From a virus (taxonomy: Duplodnaviria; Caudoviricetes): a stretch of DNA of 50,583 bases. The stretch spans positions 1 to 50,583 of IMG/VR virus record IMGVR_UViG_3300027653_000015. The stretch is one strand, 5' to 3'. The translations under genes were made by a program, and so were the position numbers. The stretch's first letter is position 1, and every line of letters begins with the position of its first letter. The notes beneath the pieces were generated by a model, which was not told where the DNA came from, did no database searches, and worked only from the letters and a program-made list of their open reading frames with translations. Positions 45,446 to 50,583 of the stretch are shown one piece after another.

Positions 45446-45997
45446 ATGTACCTCTCCCCTATCGAAACCCCGATTAAGCAGCGCTACTCCGAGCAGTCTC
45501 CTTACGTGATCTACGGATCCCGGCGCCCGGGGCAGACCGGGGTGCCGGTAGTAGCCCCCGTACCCGGGACGGTGCGGAACGTGGTTAACAACCGCAAACC
45601 GGGCCAGCCGTCTACTCGCGGCAAGACGGTGCGCGGGGGAATCTCTGGCAACGGGCTGGAGATCGTGACGGCATCCAAGGAGCGTGTAGTTTTGGCGCAC
45701 CTGAAGACCTCGCTCAGGGGCGGGGATCGGGTGCAGGCGGGGGATGTGGTCGGGTTCACTGACCGGAGCGGGGAGCAGCCCTTCGGGCCATGCCTATTTT
45801 TCGCGGTGATTGACCCGTCCGGGAACCCCCTCGACCCCGGATCCTGGGTACCTGGGGAGGTGACCGAGCCCGAAACACGCGATTTAAGCCTCCCCGAAGA
45901 CGATCTGGCGGACGTTCAGGTCACGGAGGGGTTGGAGGATGGGGCAGACATTCCCAGGCCTTCTGGGGCCGATTTTGAGGATGACGTGCTACCCTGA
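45446..45997 (+). CDS. degenerate M23 peptidase-like protein
   Basis: PVVAP..GTV, GNG..I, AHL, V.AGDVVG...SG...GP and P.DP motifs; the HxxxD and HxH zinc ligands are not evident. Confidence 0.6.
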   Translation: MYLSPIETPIKQRYSEQSPYVIYGSRRPGQTGVPVVAPVPGTVRNVVNNRKPGQPSTRGKTVRGGISGNGLEIVTASKERVVLAHLKTSLRGGDRVQAGDVVGFTDRSGEQPFGPCLFFAVIDPSGNPLDPGSWVPGEVTEPETRDLSLPEDDLADVQVTEGLEDGADIPRPSGADFEDDVLP

Positions 45998-46060
45998 CCT
46001 CTAAGAGCGGAATGGCAGAAGGGCCTCGCCGGATATATCCGACGACTGAAAGGCCCTATC

Positions 46061-47899
46061 ATGGCTCACAAACTTTCCCGCATTCTCCGCAACCCGTTGG
46101 TCGTTTACGCCACCGAGTATGCGGATCAAAGTGCGGACGATGAAGATAGCCTCGTAATTCCCGAAGATCTCACGGAACTTTCCGATGAAGAACTCGCCGA
46201 ACTCAGCGACAACGCCGTGGAGACGTTTAACGCTATCTACGGTGACGGCTCTGGCGCGGATTTCTCCGATGACGATCTCGCCACCCTTTCCACCCTCACC
46301 GAAGGCATCGAGCGCATCAACGCAGAGACTGCGAACCGCTCCGAGCGCGCCGCAGAGCGTGCCGCGCAGGCTGAGGAACTGGCATCTCGGATTCGTCCCG
46401 CAGAGGCGGAAGATGAAGAGGATTCCGACGAAGATGACGAAGAGGAAGAGGATGACGGCGAAGAGCAGGAAGCGGAAGCGGACGAAGAAGGCGAAGCAGA
46501 AGCCTCGGCAGTAGTTGAGGAAGAAGCCGCACTCGTTGCCGCTGGCCGGGGAGACATTCGCGTACCCCTCCGCAACATCCGCGCCCGTTCCCGTGCTCGC
46601 CAGTCGATGCCCCGCGCCAGCGAAGAAGCCCCGTCGCGGATGGAAGATATCGTGCTGGCCTCCGACGTTCCCGGCTTCCGCCAGGGCGAAGGACTTGACT
46701 GGAATGGCGTCGGTCGTGCAGTTGACCGCCGTTTGATCGGGTTCAACCCGTCGCAGTATTCCAACGCCTCGGCTCGTCAGATGCATTTGCGGGAGCAGCA
46801 TTCGGTTGCCACCATCCACCGCAACATCCCGAAGGATCTTCAGGTACTGAACTCCGACCCGGAGCATATTTCGGAGATCCTGGATCGTGCCGTCGACCAG
46901 AGCCGTCTCCCCAAGCAGTCCTTGGTTGCTTCCGGGGGCTGGTGCGCACCATCCGAAACGGTGTACGACTTCCTGGAATTGGAAACTGCCGATGGCATAG
47001 TTTCCGTTCCGGAGATCGGCATCAACCGGGGCGGGATTAAGTGGACCACTGGCCCCGCGTTCTCGGATATTTACGCCAACACCGGCTTTGCGTACACCGA
47101 GGACGAAGATATCGATGGGGACTACGACGGCGAAGGCGGGGGCGAAAAACCGTGCTATAAGGTCGATTGCCCGGACTTCGATGAAGCCCGTCTAGATGTG
47201 GCTGGACTGTGCATCTCGGCTGGCTTGCTCCAGCAGCGCGGTTACCCGGAAGTTATCGCCCGCACCGTTCGCGGCGCCGTGATTGCTCACCGCCACAAGA
47301 TGGCAGAGCGTCGGATAAACGCGATGGTCGCTGACTCCACCTCGGTAACGATGCCCGCCGATCAGGTAGGCGCAACGGCACCGATTCTGACCGCTATCGA
47401 GTTGCAGGTGCAGCACTACCGCTACGTCCACCGCTTAGGCATGAACGCAGTTCTTGAAGCCATTTTCCCGGCATGGGTACGTGGCGCGATCCGTTCGGAC
47501 CTAAGCCGTCGCCTTGGCGTGGATCTCATTGATGTGAACGACGCTCGCGTGGCCGCCTGGTTCCGCGACCGGGGCGTGAGCGCACAATTCGTTTACAACT
47601 ATCAGGACCTGACTGGAGACGCTAGCGCGTTCACTGCATGGCCCTCCACCGTGAAGTTCTTGCTATACGCCGCTGGCACCTGGGTATTTGGTGCCTCCGA
47701 CGTGATCACGCTGGACACGATCTACGACTCGGTGAAGTTGGGCAAGAACGACTACACCGCGCTGTTCACCGAAGAAGGCTGGTTGGCAATGAAGCGACTG
47801 GACGACAGCCGCGAAGTTACGGTCAACATCTGCCCCTCGGGCGCAACGGCTGGCGGAGTACTGATCGACTGCGACGGATCTGCTGGCGCTGTCGAATAA
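46061..47899 (+). CDS. major capsid (hexamer) protein with acidic N-terminal scaffold-like region
   Basis: 612 aa; LVASGGWCAPSETVYD, RGGI, KPC..V.CP and YTALFTEEG motifs. Confidence 0.85.
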   Translation: MAHKLSRILRNPLVVYATEYADQSADDEDSLVIPEDLTELSDEELAELSDNAVETFNAIYGDGSGADFSDDDLATLSTLTEGIERINAETANRSERAAERAAQAEELASRIRPAEAEDEEDSDEDDEEEEDDGEEQEAEADEEGEAEASAVVEEEAALVAAGRGDIRVPLRNIRARSRARQSMPRASEEAPSRMEDIVLASDVPGFRQGEGLDWNGVGRAVDRRLIGFNPSQYSNASARQMHLREQHSVATIHRNIPKDLQVLNSDPEHISEILDRAVDQSRLPKQSLVASGGWCAPSETVYDFLELETADGIVSVPEIGINRGGIKWTTGPAFSDIYANTGFAYTEDEDIDGDYDGEGGGEKPCYKVDCPDFDEARLDVAGLCISAGLLQQRGYPEVIARTVRGAVIAHRHKMAERRINAMVADSTSVTMPADQVGATAPILTAIELQVQHYRYVHRLGMNAVLEAIFPAWVRGAIRSDLSRRLGVDLIDVNDARVAAWFRDRGVSAQFVYNYQDLTGDASAFTAWPSTVKFLLYAAGTWVFGASDVITLDTIYDSVKLGKNDYTALFTEEGWLAMKRLDDSREVTVNICPSGATAGGVLIDCDGSAGAVE

Positions 47900-47911
47900 T
47901 CCACCATTCAT

Positions 47912-47949
47912 GAAGCCGGGGAGGGGGTCACTCCCCTTCCCGGTTTCTT
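47912..47949 (+). terminator. hairpin/terminator after the major capsid gene
   Basis: GAAGCCGGGGAGGGG / CCCCTTCCCGGTTTC. Confidence 0.6.
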
Positions 47950-47964
47950 ATCTAAGGAGAAGAA

Positions 47965-49104
47965 ATGAGCATTAGCACTATCGCTCCGCAGGTGGAAGTC
48001 TCCGCGCCCACTCGCACGCCTCGCCCTTACGGGCTGTTCAGTGCCCTCGGTTTTCGGGATGACGATTCCCGGTGGCAGAACGGTGTTTTGTGGCAGGGCG
48101 CGCCATGTGAGCCAGCGCACGGTATCGGGCAATACGACTGCTCTCCGGAAGAAAATACGGTCGGGTTACCGAAAGAGTTTGACGCCAAGTTCAGTGGCGG
48201 GACCGGCTCGCCTTTCGTGGTTTACGGCAATTTTAAGTGCTCCCCGGTAGGCAACTCCCCCGCCCGCGCGGAAGCGCTGGCAGAGGAACATCTGCTGGCT
48301 CGGGAAGAAGCCCGCGTGGAGCAGGCGCTCTGGACGGGTGACCTCCAGAATGTGCCGAACTTCGCTGGCGCAAACGGGGAAGACGCTCCTACGGATCTCG
48401 GTGAGTTCACGGAACCGATCTCCGCGATAGCGGCCCTGGAACAGTGGCTAGCCTCGAATTATGGATCGGTGGGCGTGCTCCATATGAGCGTTTCCGCTGC
48501 CGTGATGTTGACCGCTAAAGGTCTAATTGAGTCCCGCTCGGGCCGCCTGGTTACCGAAATGGGAACCCGGGTCGTGGCCGGTGCAGGCTATGGAGAAGGG
48601 AAGATCGTGGCAACGGGAGCCCTCGCAGGCTACCGGGGCGAGGTTTTCAATAGTTCTGACCGGCCTGGGGATCTCCTGGATCGGGGTAAAAATGACCTTT
48701 ACGCCGTCGCGGAACGTGAGTACGTTCTCATAATCGACGGATGCGGTATGGCAGAACTTTCCTACGATTTTGAGTTCGGAGGCGGCATGGGTGCTCCCGG
48801 AAAGAGTGCTTACGAGATCGCGGTAGATGAAGGATTCGAAGGATCCATTGAAGATTGGCTAGCATCGCTCCAAGGCGAGATTGGCCCGGAGGGTCCGCAA
48901 GGTCCAGAAGGTCCAGAAGGCCCACAGGGTCCTGAGGGTCCGCAAGGTCCCGCCGGTGCTGACGGCGCAGACGGCGCTAAGGGTGACAAGGGAGATCCCG
49001 GTGAGGACGGAGCGCCCGGCGTAGTCCAGACAATCGTGGCCGGTGACGGCGTGACGGTGGACGACACTGATCCGGCTAATCCCATAATCGGGGTGAGCGA
49101 GTAG
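47965..49104 (+). CDS. capsid pentamer-like protein with collagen-like C-terminal extension
   Basis: P.PYGLFS, W.NGV, PFVVY...CS, E..VEQALW and VAER motifs, then GKSAYEIAV and (GXY)n. Confidence 0.7.
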   Translation: MSISTIAPQVEVSAPTRTPRPYGLFSALGFRDDDSRWQNGVLWQGAPCEPAHGIGQYDCSPEENTVGLPKEFDAKFSGGTGSPFVVYGNFKCSPVGNSPARAEALAEEHLLAREEARVEQALWTGDLQNVPNFAGANGEDAPTDLGEFTEPISAIAALEQWLASNYGSVGVLHMSVSAAVMLTAKGLIESRSGRLVTEMGTRVVAGAGYGEGKIVATGALAGYRGEVFNSSDRPGDLLDRGKNDLYAVAEREYVLIIDGCGMAELSYDFEFGGGMGAPGKSAYEIAVDEGFEGSIEDWLASLQGEIGPEGPQGPEGPEGPQGPEGPQGPAGADGADGAKGDKGDPGEDGAPGVVQTIVAGDGVTVDDTDPANPIIGVSE

Positions 49105-49490
49105 TGAGACTTACACGAGATGGATTGAACGTTTCTAAGGCTCTGAAAACTTCCGCACCGGTTGTCGAAGAAATCCCGCACCACGACGATCTGTTTTTAG
49201 ATCCCGAAGACCTCGCCGAGCAGGAATCCGCGAAAACCCCCGACGGCGATTTGGCGGGAGATCAGGACGCCCCCCTAGTTGGACTAGGGGGAGATGCTGA
49301 AAACGCGCCAGAGGCCGCTCCCGATACGGATTTAGGGGTGTCTGGGGACTCTGAAGGCGACCCGGAAACTGATTCTGATGGATCTGACGAAAAAGAGAAG
49401 TCGGAAACAGCCGCAGAGGAAACTCCGCGCAAGCCCAAAAAGAAGGCCGCCAAGAAGGCCGCTCCCACGAAAGAGACTAAGGAAAAATAA
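49104..49490 (+). CDS. low-complexity acidic/basic protein
   Basis: Coupled to both neighbouring genes. Confidence 0.55.
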   Translation: MRLTRDGLNVSKALKTSAPVVEEIPHHDDLFLDPEDLAEQESAKTPDGDLAGDQDAPLVGLGGDAENAPEAAPDTDLGVSGDSEGDPETDSDGSDEKEKSETAAEETPRKPKKKAAKKAAPTKETKEK

Positions 49491-50212
49491 TGGCTACCAA
49501 ATGCTTTATCCCGATCCTCGGGAAGCGGCTCCGGTTTACTCGGCTCACTGAGAACGGCTCGCTCCCGGAAGGATCTGAGGCCAACGATGCAGTAGTGGTG
49601 ACGAAAGGATTTGTCACCATCAACCTCACCTCGGAAGTCGAGGACGGTATCGAGATCATCCAGCGCAACGCCTCCGGCGGGCTGTGTGTGAACGAGAAGT
49701 TCTCGGATCTGTTCAAACGGTTTAACGTGGAAATTGAGTTTTGCGGGGTCAACCCCTCACTACTTTCTATGATCACGAACGCCGAACCTTACGAGGATTA
49801 CAACGGGGACATCGCCGGTTTCACGGTTCCGGAAGGCGAGATCGATAAGACTTTCGCCCTGGAACTGTGGACGGGTTTGAGTTCCTCCTACGAGGGTCCG
49901 GAGACGGGTGGCTACATGCTTCTGCCGCGCGTCTCGGGTGGCGTTCTCGGGGACATCGAAATCGATGGGGAGAATGCGATCACGTTCTCGCTCACTGGCG
50001 CTTCCACGGAAGGCGGCAACAAGTGGGGAACTGGGCCGTTCGAAGTCGTACTCGGTGAAGATATCGAAGACAACGGCGATATGGTTCCGGGCGACCCCTC
50101 GGTGCTGCCGACTGGCCTGGATCCCCTCGACCACCTGCTCCTGATGACCACCGGGGTGGCCGCACCGCCGAGCGAGTGCGACCCGACCAGCCTGGATCCG
50201 GTTTCGGACTAA
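49490..50212 (+). CDS. major tail protein
   Basis: G.R.R.TRL, EVEDG.E...NASG.LC, FCGVNP and FALELWT motifs. Confidence 0.8.
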   Translation: MATKCFIPILGKRLRFTRLTENGSLPEGSEANDAVVVTKGFVTINLTSEVEDGIEIIQRNASGGLCVNEKFSDLFKRFNVEIEFCGVNPSLLSMITNAEPYEDYNGDIAGFTVPEGEIDKTFALELWTGLSSSYEGPETGGYMLLPRVSGGVLGDIEIDGENAITFSLTGASTEGGNKWGTGPFEVVLGEDIEDNGDMVPGDPSVLPTGLDPLDHLLLMTTGVAAPPSECDPTSLDPVSD

Positions 50213-50263
50213 GTAGCAGAAAGTCAGAAGAAAAATATCGGCAGTTAACTTGATCGGAGAGTC

Positions 50264-50583
50264 ATGAGTGCTTGCGAGTGGCCCGTTTCCTACGCCGCGT
50301 GCGGGGAACCGGACTGGCCCAAACCTGATGACTCTCCGGTCGAGGATCCCGCGCCGAAAGAACTGTTTGAGCGCATGGCAACGGATCTACTCTGGAACTG
50401 GACGGGACGTCGTTACGGCATCTGTGAAGTAAGTATCCGACCCTGCCGCCAGCGGGATTACCTCGGGCGGGAGGACACCTATTCCGGGCGCGGCCCGTAC
50501 ACCTCGCTTCCCGGCGTGCCGCGTGCAGGCTGGCAACCGGTACTAATTGACGGATCCTGGTTCAACCTCCGGTGCGGATCCTG
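50264..50583 (+). CDS. head-to-tail adaptor, N-terminal fragment (partial)
   Basis: MSACEWPV...MATDLLWNWTGRRYG.C.VSIRPC...W.N; runs off the end of the window. Confidence 0.7.
   Translation, partial: MSACEWPVSYAACGEPDWPKPDDSPVEDPAPKELFERMATDLLWNWTGRRYGICEVSIRPCRQRDYLGREDTYSGRGPYTSLPGVPRAGWQPVLIDGSWFNLRCGS

Noticed and set aside
2003-50151. Numerous minus-strand and alternate-frame ORFs in the track
   Set aside because: They are shadows of well-supported + strand genes in GC-rich DNA and have no recognisable motifs.

Overview
This window is a near-complete (~51 kb, apparently circularly permuted) genome of a tailed dsDNA siphovirus of an actinobacterial host. The window starts in the 3' end and finishes in the 5' end of what looks like one head-to-tail adaptor gene. 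All credible genes are on the + strand, and I see no integrase or CI-type repressor, so it is probably lytic. Gene order: tail completion, tail assembly chaperone with a -1 frameshift, tape measure, minor tails, amidase endolysin and holin; PolA, RHH protein, primase-helicase, SNF2 helicase, PD-(D/E)XK exonuclease, Sak4-like ATPase, SSB, VRR-NUC; small accessory genes; a modification cluster (2 glycosyltransferases, SAM methyltransferase, IbrA-like PAPS-reductase-family protein, 3 ParB-domain proteins) coupled to terminase; a 5-kb array of self-promoted small-gene cassettes between TerL and portal; then portal, MuF, protease, hexamer and pentamer capsid proteins and major tail protein. The most notable non-coding signals are: (i) 12 copies of a 20-bp palindromic promoter/operator, TGTG-N-TANNNT-N5-CACA; (ii) hairpins whose long loops are complementary to three distinct RBS/leader classes used largely by genes under those promoters, a candidate phage antisense translational control system; (iii) twin AT-rich palindromes sharing a CCCCCTTTAGGGGG core; (iv) apparent avoidance of AGCT. 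All product calls come from motif recognition and synteny; no searches were run.
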